Below are positions 6,618-15,946 of a stretch of 64,000 nt of DNA, piece by piece (the first letter of the stretch is position 1; each line of letters begins with the position of its first letter). The notes under the pieces are model-generated. The model did not search any database. It was not told the origin of the DNA and saw only the letters and a program-made list of their open reading frames with translations. Source of the DNA: Deltaproteobacteria bacterium HGW-Deltaproteobacteria-6 (lineage in GTDB: Bacteria > Desulfobacterota > Syntrophia > Syntrophales > Smithellaceae). The stretch lies in contig PHAT01000002.1 in the NCBI GenBank assembly GCA_002840435.1, positions 202,696-266,695 on the forward strand, in the 5' to 3' direction. The position numbers and the translations under genes are program-made.

Positions 6618-9026
6618 CTACATGAAGTTTTCCGGATCCACGTCTATACTCACCCTCACCGCGCTGTTGGCGCATTTTTCCAGAATTTCCCGGGCGATGG
6701 CATGAAGAATTTTGATGTCGCGGCCTTTGATGAGCATTTGCCTGCGCAGACGCCCCTGAATCCTGGCCAGCGGGGATTCCGCAGGGCCGATGATTTCTGC
6801 GGCATTGCCGTGTTTAGCGGAAAGCTTGCGAGCCAGTTTTCCCGCCGCGGCCGTCTGATCGTCCAGGGCTTCTTTATTGGTTGAAGACAGGCGGATGTTG
6901 ATGATCCGGCCGAAGGGCGGGTATTGCAAGGCCTTGCGGTGTTCTATTTCTTCGGCGTAAAATGATTGGTAGTCATGATTTTGGGCATGCCGCAGGGCGT
7001 AATGCTGCGGGTTGAAGGTTTGAATGATGACCTTGCCGGGTGTGTTCCCGCGTCCGCTGCGGCCGGCCACCTGCGTGAGCATTTGAAAAGTTTTCTCCGC
7101 CGCACGGAAGTCCGGCATGTTCAGCGAGGTGTCCGCGGCAATGACGCCGACCAGCGTGATAAAAGGGAAATCATGCCCCTTGGTGATCATTTGCGTGCCG
7201 ACCAGAATATCGATTTCCTTTTCCTGAAGGTCGCGCAGAATTTCTTCCTGCGACCCTTTTTGGGCTGTCGTGTCCGAGTCCATCCGGCGGACGCGCGCCG
7301 CGGGAAACAACCGCTCGATTTCTTTTTCCAGTTTCTGCGTGCCTGTGCCGTAGCTCAAAATCCGGCTGCCTTTGCACGACGGACAAAGCGGCAGCGCTTT
7401 GATGGTGTAATCGCAGTAATGGCATTTCACCAGCTTTTCCGTCAGATGACTTTTCAGGGAGACGTCGCAATTGGGACAGCGGAAATTATAGCCGCAGTCG
7501 GCGCAAACCAGAAAGGTGTCAAAACCCCGTTTGTTCAGGAAAAGCAGGACCTGCTCATTTCTGCCCAGCGTTTCTTCCATCTCTGCAATCAGTTCATGCG
7601 ACAGGATGGGGATTTTGCCCTGCATTTCTTTCTGCGCCTTCATATCGACGATTTCCACCAGGGGCAGGGGTTTATTTTCCACCCGTTCGGATAATTCCAG
7701 ACGGAAATATTTTTTGGTTTTGGCGTTAAAATAAGAGCGAACGCCCGGTGTGGCGGAGCCCAGCACAGCCACCGCGCAGGAAAGCTTTGCCCTCAGCACG
7801 GCCAGGTCGCGAGCGTGATAGCAGAGGCGGTCATCCTGTTTGTAGGAGGCGTCATGTTCTTCATCGACGATGATCAGCTTCAGATCGGGAAGCGGCGCAA
7901 AGAGCGCCGAGCGGGCGCCGATGACCAGATTGATTTTACCGCGTTTAATCTGCCGCCATTGATCGAAGCGCACGGCTTCGGCGATGCCGCTATGGAGTAC
8001 GGCAATCTTTTGTTCATCGAAGCGTCCGGCAATGCGGGAAATCAGCTGGGGCGTCAGGGCGATTTCCGGCACCAGGTAAATGGCTGAGCCGCCGTTTTTC
8101 AAAACCTCTTCGATGGCGTTCAGATAGACTTCGGTTTTGCCGCTGCCCGTCACGCCGTGCAGCAGAATCGGCGCAAACGCCTTTTTCTCCAGATGGCGGC
8201 AAATTTCTGAAAACGCCTGCTGTTGTTCGGAATTGAGCAGAAAACCGCTTGGGTCATTCCCGATTGTAGACGTAAGCGATGTCTTCCGGATTTTTTCTTC
8301 GGAGGATAAAACGATAATCCCTTTTTCGTGCAGGTTTTTGACCACGGCTTTGGACGTGTTGGCCTTTTTGATTAAATCATTGAGCGCCATGGTTTTGTGA
8401 ATCTGCATGAACTCGACCAGCGCGCTTTGTCTGGCGGTTAATTTCACTCCGGCAATCTTATCTTCGTCCAGACGCACAAATTTTTCCGTCTTTGCCGCCA
8501 GTTGCCTGTTTTGTCTGGTTTGAATCCGTATCCGCCCCGCCAGACAAAGGTTATGGACGATGGAAGAGGTGTTTTTGAGGTTGCTGACCGAGGCCAGGTT
8601 GTTCAACGTAATGCCCTGAGGATACTGCTGAATAAGGGAAAGTAAATTTTTTTGCGCCGAGGACAAAATGAGATCGTCGTCTGCCGCAAGCGGCGTAATC
8701 CAGAGAAAATCTTTTTTTTCGGCCCCCGAGGGGATCAGCTCAGCCAGTGTTTTACCCAGCGGGTACATGAAATATTCGGCAATCCAGGAATAGAAATTCA
8801 GGTCGGCGCTGCCAAAGAGCGGTTCGTCATCCAGAATTTCCTGAATGGTTTTGACCTCCGCGAGATCGCAGGTATCGGAAAGAGCAACGATAAAACCCGT
8901 GCGTTTGCGATTCCCGAAAGGAACAAAAACACGTTTGCCGATCTGAACGGCGGGCTGAAGATTTTCCGGGACTTCATAGGTGAAAAGTTTATCAGCCGGA
9001 ATATTGAGGGCGACATTTACATACAT
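6618..9026 (-). CDS. priA: Primosomal protein N' (replication restart helicase PriA)
   Basis: 802 aa. Walker A HGVTGSGKTEVY, DEEH box IIVDEEHDASYKQ, and a Cys-rich zinc-binding insert CADCGYNFRCPNCDVSL...CHYCDY...CPSCKG. Confidence 0.95.
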   Translation of the reverse strand: MYVNVALNIPADKLFTYEVPENLQPAVQIGKRVFVPFGNRKRTGFIVALSDTCDLAEVKTIQEILDDEPLFGSADLNFYSWIAEYFMYPLGKTLAELIPSGAEKKDFLWITPLAADDDLILSSAQKNLLSLIQQYPQGITLNNLASVSNLKNTSSIVHNLCLAGRIRIQTRQNRQLAAKTEKFVRLDEDKIAGVKLTARQSALVEFMQIHKTMALNDLIKKANTSKAVVKNLHEKGIIVLSSEEKIRKTSLTSTIGNDPSGFLLNSEQQQAFSEICRHLEKKAFAPILLHGVTGSGKTEVYLNAIEEVLKNGGSAIYLVPEIALTPQLISRIAGRFDEQKIAVLHSGIAEAVRFDQWRQIKRGKINLVIGARSALFAPLPDLKLIIVDEEHDASYKQDDRLCYHARDLAVLRAKLSCAVAVLGSATPGVRSYFNAKTKKYFRLELSERVENKPLPLVEIVDMKAQKEMQGKIPILSHELIAEMEETLGRNEQVLLFLNKRGFDTFLVCADCGYNFRCPNCDVSLKSHLTEKLVKCHYCDYTIKALPLCPSCKGSRILSYGTGTQKLEKEIERLFPAARVRRMDSDTTAQKGSQEEILRDLQEKEIDILVGTQMITKGHDFPFITLVGVIAADTSLNMPDFRAAEKTFQMLTQVAGRSGRGNTPGKVIIQTFNPQHYALRHAQNHDYQSFYAEEIEHRKALQYPPFGRIINIRLSSTNKEALDDQTAAAGKLARKLSAKHGNAAEIIGPAESPLARIQGRLRRQMLIKGRDIKILHAIAREILEKCANSAVRVSIDVDPENFM

Positions 9027-9122
9027 GGGTGATGATTATCATTTTTGAAATAAAAAAGAAATGTCGGACGTGAAATTATTCCATTTCCAGGCCGCTGTTG
9101 CAGGCAGGGAACAACCAGCCAT

Positions 9123-9150
9123 AAAAAAAGCCCCGTTGGCGGGGCTTTTT
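9123..9150 (-). terminator. Rho-independent terminator downstream of dksA
   Basis: GCCCCG-ttgg-CGGGGC stem flanked by an A-run and a T-run (AAAAAAAGCCCCGTTGGCGGGGCTTTTT), 20 nt after the dksA stop on the minus strand. Confidence 0.8.
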
Positions 9151-9169
9151 ATCGGCTATGTATATTTTT

Positions 9170-9550
9170 TTATTCACCTTTGAGTTTCTCAAGCTTCTCC
9201 TGCTTGGTTTTGCAGTCGATGCACTCGGTTGTGACAGGTCTCGCCAGCAGTCTTTTTTCGGAAATCGGTCCGCCGCAGGCTTCGCAAATGCCGAAGGTTC
9301 CGTCGTCAATTCGCTTAATGGCTTCCTGCATTTTCGCAATGAGTTTGCGCTCCCGGTCACGGATACGCAACTCGAAGTTGCGGTCGGATTCCAGCGATGC
9401 ACGATCGTTGGGGTCGGGGAAATTTTCCTTGCCGTTGGTCATTTCCGATACGGTTTTGCCCGCCTCACTCAGCAGCTCATTGATCTTCTGGGTGAGCAAT
9501 TTACGAAATGCCTCCAGTTTTTCCGGCTTCAAAGTCGTTTGTTTTTCCAA
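9170..9550 (-). CDS. dksA: DksA/TraR-family C4 zinc-finger RNA polymerase-binding regulator
   Basis: 126 aa. A coiled-coil region with acidic tip (DPNDRASLESD) and a C4 finger CEACGGPI...CIDCK. Confidence 0.85.
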   Translation of the reverse strand: MEKQTTLKPEKLEAFRKLLTQKINELLSEAGKTVSEMTNGKENFPDPNDRASLESDRNFELRIRDRERKLIAKMQEAIKRIDDGTFGICEACGGPISEKRLLARPVTTECIDCKTKQEKLEKLKGE

Positions 9551-9688
9551 TGCCGCTACTCCTTTGCGATGTGATAATGAAATTGATGCCCCTTTTACCT
9601 AATGGCTTTATGTTTGTAAAGCAAAAAATTTTATCCTGAAGAACGGGGTGGGGAACAGATTCCCCATTTCAGTATAATAGTTTTAATA

Positions 9689-10183
9689 TCATAAACTTCC
9701 TGAACAATATACGGCTATTATTTTATCCACGATATTGGTCGTTGATTTTCCAATTATTTCCGGAATAAGGATGACATTTCCGCCCCATTGTTTGATTTCA
9801 TCGCGTCCGACAACTTTGTCTTCTGGCCAGTCGCCGCCTTTGATTAAAGCGTCCGGTTGGAGATAGCAAATCAACTCAAGCGGCGTCGGTTCCGGAAATA
9901 TTGTTACAAAATCAATGCATTCCAGGCCAGCCAGAACTTCCGCTCTTTCTTCTTCAGGCACGAGCGGCCTTTTGTCGCCCTTGATCGTTCGCACCGAAGA
10001 ATCGCTGTTGAGCGCCAGAACCAGTACATCGGCCTTTTTGCGCGCTTCCTTTAAATAACGGACATGTCCGACATGCAGTATATCAAAGCAGCCGTTGGTG
10101 AAGGCGATCTTTTTTCCTTCTTTACGCAGTGCGTCGATTTTTTCTTTGAGCGTTTTTCTGTCCAGAATCTTATTCATAATCAC
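9689..10183 (-). CDS. D-glycero-beta-D-manno-heptose-1-phosphate adenylyltransferase (RfaE domain II type cytidylyltransferase)
   Basis: 164 aa. Nucleotidyltransferase motif FTNGCFDILHVGHVRYL. The size and sequence fit a stand-alone RfaE/HldE C-terminal domain. Confidence 0.8.
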   Translation of the reverse strand: MIMNKILDRKTLKEKIDALRKEGKKIAFTNGCFDILHVGHVRYLKEARKKADVLVLALNSDSSVRTIKGDKRPLVPEEERAEVLAGLECIDFVTIFPEPTPLELICYLQPDALIKGGDWPEDKVVGRDEIKQWGGNVILIPEIIGKSTTNIVDKIIAVYCSGSL

Positions 10184-10240
10184 TCCTTTAAAGATGTCTC
10201 TCTTCAGCCGATATGACAGTGTTTCACTATCGCAAGGATC

Positions 10241-10969
10241 CTAAAGAACTCTGGCCAGTGTGATGACCGCCACTTGTTTTGCACCGGCCTTTTTCAGCGT
10301 TTTGGCGCATTCGTTGATTGTCGCACCCGTCGTCAGCACATCATCGACCAGAATAATGTTTTTTCCTTTAATCCTTGCGGGTTGTACCACAACAAATGCT
10401 CCTTTAATGTTTAGTGCCCGTTCCTTTTTATCCAGTCCTGTTTGCGTTAAAGTCAATTTACGCCTTTTTAGCAAGGAAAAATCGACATTAACTCCATGCT
10501 TCTGGCCCAGAGCCCGGGCCAGAATGAGAGCCTGGTTGAAACCCCGGTTGCGCAGACGCCGAATATGCAGTGGAACGGGGATCATGAGATCAGTTTTGCT
10601 CCAGTCCATATCGGGGAAATTAAAGTCGGCCAGCAGTCCGGCCAGGAGAGCGCCGTGACTGATGTTGCGTCCGTATTTAAATTGATGAATAGCGTCAAGG
10701 ATAATGCCTTCATAAGCCAGTGCGGCGCGGGCGAAAGAATAATGAGGCTTATTTTCCAGGCATGAACCGCAAAGGTGGTTCCCTGAGGGTGAGTCGGGAA
10801 AGGTGATGCCGCACACCGGGCAGTGGCACTGGTTGATATAATGAATGTTCTGGCGGCACTCCCCGCAGAAGACCTTGTCCTCGCAGGCAGGCAGAACGTT
10901 TGCGCAGGAAATACAAAGAGGCGGAAAGAATACATCTGATATGTCGTGGAACAAATCAGCTAAAATCAA
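10241..10969 (-). CDS. comF: ComF-family protein (phosphoribosyltransferase fold with N-terminal Cys-rich zinc finger)
   Basis: 242 aa. N-terminal cysteines CISC...CGEC...CPVCG...CGSC and PRTase motif IILVDDVLTTGATI. Confidence 0.8.
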   Translation of the reverse strand: MILADLFHDISDVFFPPLCISCANVLPACEDKVFCGECRQNIHYINQCHCPVCGITFPDSPSGNHLCGSCLENKPHYSFARAALAYEGIILDAIHQFKYGRNISHGALLAGLLADFNFPDMDWSKTDLMIPVPLHIRRLRNRGFNQALILARALGQKHGVNVDFSLLKRRKLTLTQTGLDKKERALNIKGAFVVVQPARIKGKNIILVDDVLTTGATINECAKTLKKAGAKQVAVITLARVL

Positions 10970-11361
10970 GCCATGTCCTTGGTTAATTTCTTGATTTCGG
11001 TGGCGTTTTCGTCAATTTCCATCCTTGGAGCATCCCAGAGGCCTTCCAGTCCGTAAAACGAACGGGCCGACTCCTGAAAAACGGAAATGACCACATCATC
11101 ATAATCCAGCAGCATCCATTCCGCGTTTGCCTGGCCTTCCACGCCCAGTGGCAGGATGCCTTCTTTTTTCATGTATTCCTGAATTGCGGAGGAAACCGCC
11201 TGTACCTGCCGGTCGGTTGCGCCCGAGCAAATCAGCATATAGTCCGTGAAGGACGACATCTCTTTAACATTTAAAGCTACAATGTTTTTTGCTTTTTTCT
11301 GCAGAACGGCGTTGATGCATAAAAGCAGACGCCGCGCCGATTCGTTCTTTTTAGCTGCCAA
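10966..11361 (-). CDS. rsfS: Ribosomal silencing factor RsfS
   Basis: 131 aa. Typical RsfS blocks (DYMLICSGATDRQVQAV, EGQANAEWMLLDYDDVVISVF). It overlaps comF by 4 nt. Confidence 0.85.
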   Translation of the reverse strand: MAAKKNESARRLLLCINAVLQKKAKNIVALNVKEMSSFTDYMLICSGATDRQVQAVSSAIQEYMKKEGILPLGVEGQANAEWMLLDYDDVVISVFQESARSFYGLEGLWDAPRMEIDENATEIKKLTKDMA

Positions 11362-11389
11362 AATTAGCTCCTTTGAAAATAGGTGTATA

Positions 11390-11509
11390 GGCTGAAGTCC
11401 GAAGGCTGAAGGCTAAGATGAAAGGCGCGCAACGCGCCGTCACTTAGAAATGTTAAATGCCGAAGGCGCGCCAAATAGACCTTCAGTCTTCAGCCTTCGG
11501 CCTTCAGTC
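11390..11509. repeat. Heptad-armed inverted-repeat element (family 1, copy 1)
   Basis: The left arm GG-CTGAAGT-CCGAAGG-CTGAAGG-CT (11390-11414) is complementary to the right arm A-CCTTCAG-TCTTCAG-CCTTCGG-CCTTCAG-TC (11479-11509). The roughly 64-nt core contains AAGATGAAAGGCGCGCAACGCGCCGTCA. Confidence 0.8.
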
Positions 11510-11665
11510 TGTTTTCTTTATGTCACAATTGCAAAAACTTGACAATATGTCATTTTTCGGTCGTCACCTGATCTGCGCTGCCGGTTATTCTCATTCGTGT
11601 TGTGAAAAAAAAATGACTATGGTAAATCAACCATCATTATTATTATATCTTTAAAGGGATTTTGC

Positions 11666-12460
11666 ATGCTGGCTATTTTAAAAAGAGTTCACACCCATAT
11701 GCCTTATACGCTTCTATCCCGTCATCTGCCGATGATCCTGGAGAAGCAGCTTAACCTGGAAATTTATTTCAATCATATTGCGTTACAGGCGCTGGATAAA
11801 AATGAATGCCGTGAGCATGCGGCAAGGCTTAAGGATGCCGGATTAAAAGTGACTTTTCATGCTCCTTTTGTGGATCTGCGGCCCGGCGCACTTGATGATC
11901 AGATCAGGAGGACCAGTCTGGACCGGATCAGGCAGGTGTTTGACCTGATCCCGTATTTTCAGCCGCTGAAAATTGTCTGCCACCCCTCCTTTGACGACCG
12001 CTACTACGTGTCCTGTGACGATTTGTGGCTGGAAAACAGCATTAATTTCTGGCGTCAGCTTATTCCATTGGCCAAAGATGGAGGGGTGATGATCGCTCTG
12101 GAAAATGTTTATGAAAAAGAGCCGGATATTTTACGCCGTCTGCTTGCAACGCTTGCCTCGGATCAAGTCTGCTTTTGCTTTGATACGGGTCACTTCAACG
12201 TTTTCTCCCATGCGGATTTAAATACATGGATGGAACAGATGGGCGGTTACATCGGTCATCTGCATCTGCATGATAATTTCGGCAAGCTCGACGAACATTT
12301 GCCGGTCGGCGCGGCAACATTTCCGTTCGATCAGTTTTTTGCCGCCCTGCAGGCCTTAAAGGTTAAACCGACGATCACACTGGAGGCGCATTCGCAGGAT
12401 AATTTGTGGAAGTCTCTGGCTAATTTGCAAAAGATGTCGCTTTTGGATAGACTGGATTAG
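11666..12460 (+). CDS. Xylose-isomerase-like TIM-barrel protein (sugar phosphate isomerase/epimerase or AP-endonuclease-2 superfamily)
   Basis: 264 aa. Pattern of metal ligands (HAPF, LENV, CFDTGH, HLHDN...DEHLP) typical of this superfamily. Specific activity not assignable. Confidence 0.65.
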   Translation: MLAILKRVHTHMPYTLLSRHLPMILEKQLNLEIYFNHIALQALDKNECREHAARLKDAGLKVTFHAPFVDLRPGALDDQIRRTSLDRIRQVFDLIPYFQPLKIVCHPSFDDRYYVSCDDLWLENSINFWRQLIPLAKDGGVMIALENVYEKEPDILRRLLATLASDQVCFCFDTGHFNVFSHADLNTWMEQMGGYIGHLHLHDNFGKLDEHLPVGAATFPFDQFFAALQALKVKPTITLEAHSQDNLWKSLANLQKMSLLDRLD

Positions 12461-12489
12461 AGAATTGAATTTTTGACGCGGAGCACCGG

Positions 12490-13464
12490 ATGTCCAAATA
12501 TCTGATCAAGAGAGTCCTCTTTATGATACCGCTTCTGCTCGGCATCACGGTCATTTGCTTTTTTGTGATGCGGCTGGCGCCCGGATCACCCACGGATTTG
12601 CAGACGCAGATGAATCCAAAAGCGTCCGCCGAGATGAAGGAGCGCCTGATGAGCCTCTATGAACTGGATAAGCCCATCCATGTTCAATACTGGTCGTGGC
12701 TCAAGAAGCTGGGACGGGGTGATCTGGGCACTTCCTTTTCATCCGATCACCGGAAGGTGTCCGACAAAATTATGGAACGTCTCCCGATCACGATTGTTAT
12801 CAATTTTCTGTCCCTGATCATTATCATTGCGGTGGCTGTGCCGATCGGCGTATTGTCGGCGGTTCATCAAAATTCACTTTTCGATAAAGTGACCGCGGTG
12901 CTTGTGTTTATCGGTTTTGCCGTGCCCACTTTCTGGCTGGCATTACTGCTGATGATCTTTTTCGGCATTCACCTGGGGTGGCTGCCGATTTCGGGGTTGC
13001 GATCCCTCAATTATGAATATTTGAGCGCCTGGGGACAGCTTGTGGATCTGGCCTTGCATCTGGTCCTGCCGGTATTCATTTCCGCTTTCGGCGGGCTGGC
13101 CGGATTGTCCCGCTACATGCGCGCCAACATGCTGGAGGTTATCCGTCAGGATTACATTCTGACGGCGCGCGCCAAGGGGCTGAGTGAAAGGCAGGTTATT
13201 TATAAACATGCCCTGCGCAACGCGCTCCTGCCCGCGATTACCATTCTGGGGTTGTCCATTCCCGGCCTCATCGGCGGCAGTGTCATCTTTGAAACAATTT
13301 TCGCGATTCCGGGCATGGGGCAGTTGTTTTACATGTCGGTGATGGCCCGCGATTATCCGACGGTGATGGGAATCCTGCTTATCGGCGCGATCTTGACGCT
13401 GGTGGGAAATCTGATTGCCGATCTGTCGTATGCGCTGGCGGACCCGCGCATAAGGATTTCATAA
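12490..13464 (+). CDS. ABC transporter permease, Opp/Dpp B-type
   Basis: 324 aa. N-terminal [32 protein letters not shown] and EAA-type loop [29 protein letters not shown]. Confidence 0.85.
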   Translation: MSKYLIKRVLFMIPLLLGITVICFFVMRLAPGSPTDLQTQMNPKASAEMKERLMSLYELDKPIHVQYWSWLKKLGRGDLGTSFSSDHRKVSDKIMERLPITIVINFLSLIIIIAVAVPIGVLSAVHQNSLFDKVTAVLVFIGFAVPTFWLALLLMIFFGIHLGWLPISGLRSLNYEYLSAWGQLVDLALHLVLPVFISAFGGLAGLSRYMRANMLEVIRQDYILTARAKGLSERQVIYKHALRNALLPAITILGLSIPGLIGGSVIFETIFAIPGMGQLFYMSVMARDYPTVMGILLIGAILTLVGNLIADLSYALADPRIRIS

Positions 13465-14291
13465 TGGGTTTCTGGGAAATGTTTTATAAAAATAAACTGG
13501 CGCTGACCGGCTGCGGAATTGTCCTCGCGTTATTTGTCGTCTCGCTTCTGGCGCCCGTGATTGCGCCCTACGACCCCGGCGCGATTGATCTGAAAAATGT
13601 TCTGGCGCCGCCGTCCGCTGGTCACTGGTTCGGCACCGATCAACTCGGGCGCGATGTCCTTTCCCGGATGATCTGGGGGGCGCGCATTTCACTGAAGGTC
13701 GGGTTTGTCGCCACGGGGCTGGCGATTTTGATCGGGATGATTCTGGGCGCTGTCGCCGGTTATTACGGCGGCTGGATTGACGCGACGATCATGCGTTTTG
13801 TGGATGTCATGCTTTGTTTTCCCACCTTCTTTCTGATCCTGGCGGTGATCGCCTTTCTCGAGCCTTCAATCTGGAATATCATGATCGTGATCGGATTAAC
13901 GGGCTGGATGGGAGTGACGCGTCTGGTGCGCGCGGATTTCATCTCGCTTCGCGAAAGGGATTTCGTCCGGGCTGCCCGGGCTATCGGCGCAAACGATGCG
14001 CGGATTATTTTCATGCACATTCTTCCCAACGCGCTGGCTTCCATCCTGGTTGCCGCCACTCTTGGAATTGCCGGTGCGATTCTGACGGAGTCGGCTTTGA
14101 GCTTTTTAGGCATCGGTGTGCAGCCGCCGATACCCAGTTGGGGAAATATTCTGACGGCGGGCAAGGATAATATCGATATTGCCTGGTGGCTGTCGCTTTA
14201 TCCGGGTCTGGCAATCTTGATCACGGTGGTCGGTTACAATTTGCTGGGAGAGGGGATTCGTGATGCGTCCGACCCCCGTCTGAAAAGATAA
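13464..14291 (+). CDS. ABC transporter permease, Opp/Dpp C-type
   Basis: 275 aa with blocks HWFGTDQLGRDVLSRMIWGARISL and AARAIGANDARIIFMHILPNALASILV. The start overlaps the previous stop (TAATG). Confidence 0.85.
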   Translation: MGFWEMFYKNKLALTGCGIVLALFVVSLLAPVIAPYDPGAIDLKNVLAPPSAGHWFGTDQLGRDVLSRMIWGARISLKVGFVATGLAILIGMILGAVAGYYGGWIDATIMRFVDVMLCFPTFFLILAVIAFLEPSIWNIMIVIGLTGWMGVTRLVRADFISLRERDFVRAARAIGANDARIIFMHILPNALASILVAATLGIAGAILTESALSFLGIGVQPPIPSWGNILTAGKDNIDIAWWLSLYPGLAILITVVGYNLLGEGIRDASDPRLKR

Positions 14292-14301
14292 TCCAATTCA
14301 A

Positions 14302-14400
14302 AATCAAAGCGCTATCTTTGTTGGCGTCGTCGGCTTCCTCAACGTATTAGTAATACGCCTGCGGAGCCTCCTCCTAGCCGCCGCGATATCATCTTTGATC
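14302..14400. repeat. Nested-palindrome intergenic element (family 2, copy B; relationship to copy A tentative)
   Basis: Outer arms AATCAAAGCGCTATC... / ...GATATCATCTTTGATC. The inner hairpin ACGTATT-agta-ATACG(CC) (14342-14358) resembles the GGCGTAT...ATACGCC hairpin of copy A, and the flanking CGTCG and CTCCTC strings are shared. Confidence 0.5.
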
Positions 14401-14444
14401 GCGTGCCCTTCAGGGTATTAGAACTGGAATAAATCTGAAAAGGT

Positions 14445-15290
14445 TTAACCAATCCATTGTTCAATATACTTCTGCATCTTTAAACCTTCATAGAAGTACG
14501 GATTAAGTTGAATGGCCTGGCCGATGCATGTCTCGGCATCTTTTTTCTGGCCGATTTCCATGAAAGCCCTGGCCATGTTGTAGTGAAGATGTTCATCCTT
14601 CGGAGAAATGGACAGAGCTTTTTTGTATTCGATAATCGCTTTGTCGATATTGCCTGATTTTCTGTAGTTGATGCCGGCTTCGTTGTAAAAGGCTAAAACC
14701 AGCGAGCCCAGGCCATCGTTGGCGGCAACCAGCTCCTGAAGCATGGATAATTCCCCTCTTTCCGCCAGGGATACCATCAACTTTGCTGTTTCCCGGTCTT
14801 TTTTGCTGAGGTGGTCCAATTTAAGCGATTGGTTGATGCCATCGTTGACCAGAACGCTGGCGATTTCCTCTTCTTTGATCATAATCAACTGGCATAAAAA
14901 ATCATAGGACGTTGCAAAATCATCGTCCCGAAAAATAACTTTTCCGTATAAATCAATGAACTCGGGCGATTCGGCAAGTTTTCGCTGAACCTCGTTAATA
15001 ATATTCGCCAGAGTAGTCCTGTCTTTCGGCTGAATATCTTTTGTTTTGGTATAGAGGTTCAGGACTTCGCGGAGAGCGACAATGCTGGAGAAGAGATTTC
15101 CTTTGCGAAGGTGCTTTTCGCCTTCCGTGATCTTGTGCATGATTTCTCTGGCGCCAACCGTGTTCGTTTGCGACGGCATTTCCATGCGCTGGATATCTTT
15201 CTTCGGGGGGGATAACTGATTTCTTTTTTGCTTGATCTGCTGCACGATGTCCGCAGGGCTGCCTGATTTTTTATGGGGCATCATTTCCAT
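14445..15290 (-). CDS. TPR-repeat protein
   Basis: 281 aa. The C-terminal third has clear TPR units (AFYNEAGINYRKSGNIDKAIIEYKKALSISPKDEHLHYNMARAFMEIGQKKDAETCIGQAIQLNP). Confidence 0.7.
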   Translation of the reverse strand: MEMMPHKKSGSPADIVQQIKQKRNQLSPPKKDIQRMEMPSQTNTVGAREIMHKITEGEKHLRKGNLFSSIVALREVLNLYTKTKDIQPKDRTTLANIINEVQRKLAESPEFIDLYGKVIFRDDDFATSYDFLCQLIMIKEEEIASVLVNDGINQSLKLDHLSKKDRETAKLMVSLAERGELSMLQELVAANDGLGSLVLAFYNEAGINYRKSGNIDKAIIEYKKALSISPKDEHLHYNMARAFMEIGQKKDAETCIGQAIQLNPYFYEGLKMQKYIEQWIG

Positions 15291-15375
15291 GTGTTGAGTG
15301 TCCTTTTTCAGAGAAGTATTTAATTTATTTTACTCTTTCCTGATATGATCAGGCGCCTTCAGGCGTCTTTCTCTT

Positions 15376-15567
15376 TCACAAGGTCTGTATGGAATGCTGT
15401 TCGATCAGCTGACCGGCCTGCCCCGGCGCATCTGTCCTGATCCTGGCGGCAATGCCGGCAAGAGCTATGCTGTTGTTTTGTTTGATGGTAATATCAATGA
15501 ATGTGTTTTGATTACAGGCTTGCCCGGCTGGTTCTTTTTGACAGGCGTCAATGAGTCTGATAGCCAT
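15376..15567 (-). CDS. Possible small hypothetical protein (63 aa)
   Basis: A GC-normal block inside an otherwise AT-rich 480-nt spacer, with an ATG preceded by GAGAGAAG. An overlapping plus-strand ORF (15394-15636) is about equally long, so coding status is uncertain. Confidence 0.25.
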   Translation of the reverse strand: MAIRLIDACQKEPAGQACNQNTFIDITIKQNNSIALAGIAARIRTDAPGQAGQLIEQHSIQTL

Positions 15568-15776
15568 AACGATTACTTCTCTCTTCGAAAGAAAAAGCAT
15601 AAAGCGCTGTTAATTACGGCAATTATTTTATTATAAGTAGATAAAAAGTCTTTTTCTGTCAAGATTTATTAAATAAACTCTTGGGACTTGATTATGTTTT
15701 TAAAATGTAATAATAGTCCGCCACTATTAAAAGCCTGACGGCAAAGTCAAATTGTAAAATTTCCCAGGAGGACCGA

Positions 15777-15944
15777 ATGTCCAAAAGAGTTAATACGGAA
15801 TTACTGAAAATCGACCGCCGGATCATTTCCCGCAAATTGCTGATTGGTGAATTATCGGAGAAAGACTTAACGAGTCTTTTAAAGAAACTTCCCGATGTGG
15901 CGGACAATGCGGAAGAAATTCCGTTTCAGGTAAACGAAAAATAG
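15777..15944 (+). CDS. Small hypothetical protein (55 aa), not in the ORF track
   Basis: ATG at 15777 preceded by AGGAGG at 7-nt spacing. The product is MSKRVNTELLKIDRRIISRKLLIGELSEKDLTSLLKKLPDVADNAEEIPFQVNEK. The stop lies 2 nt before the tatD ATG, so it looks co-transcribed. Confidence 0.45.
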   Translation: MSKRVNTELLKIDRRIISRKLLIGELSEKDLTSLLKKLPDVADNAEEIPFQVNEK

Positions 15945-15946
15945 TT

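Noticed and set aside
6966-7694. 242-aa plus-strand ORF
   Set aside because: It is antisense to priA, which has Walker A, DEEH and zinc-finger motifs on the minus strand.
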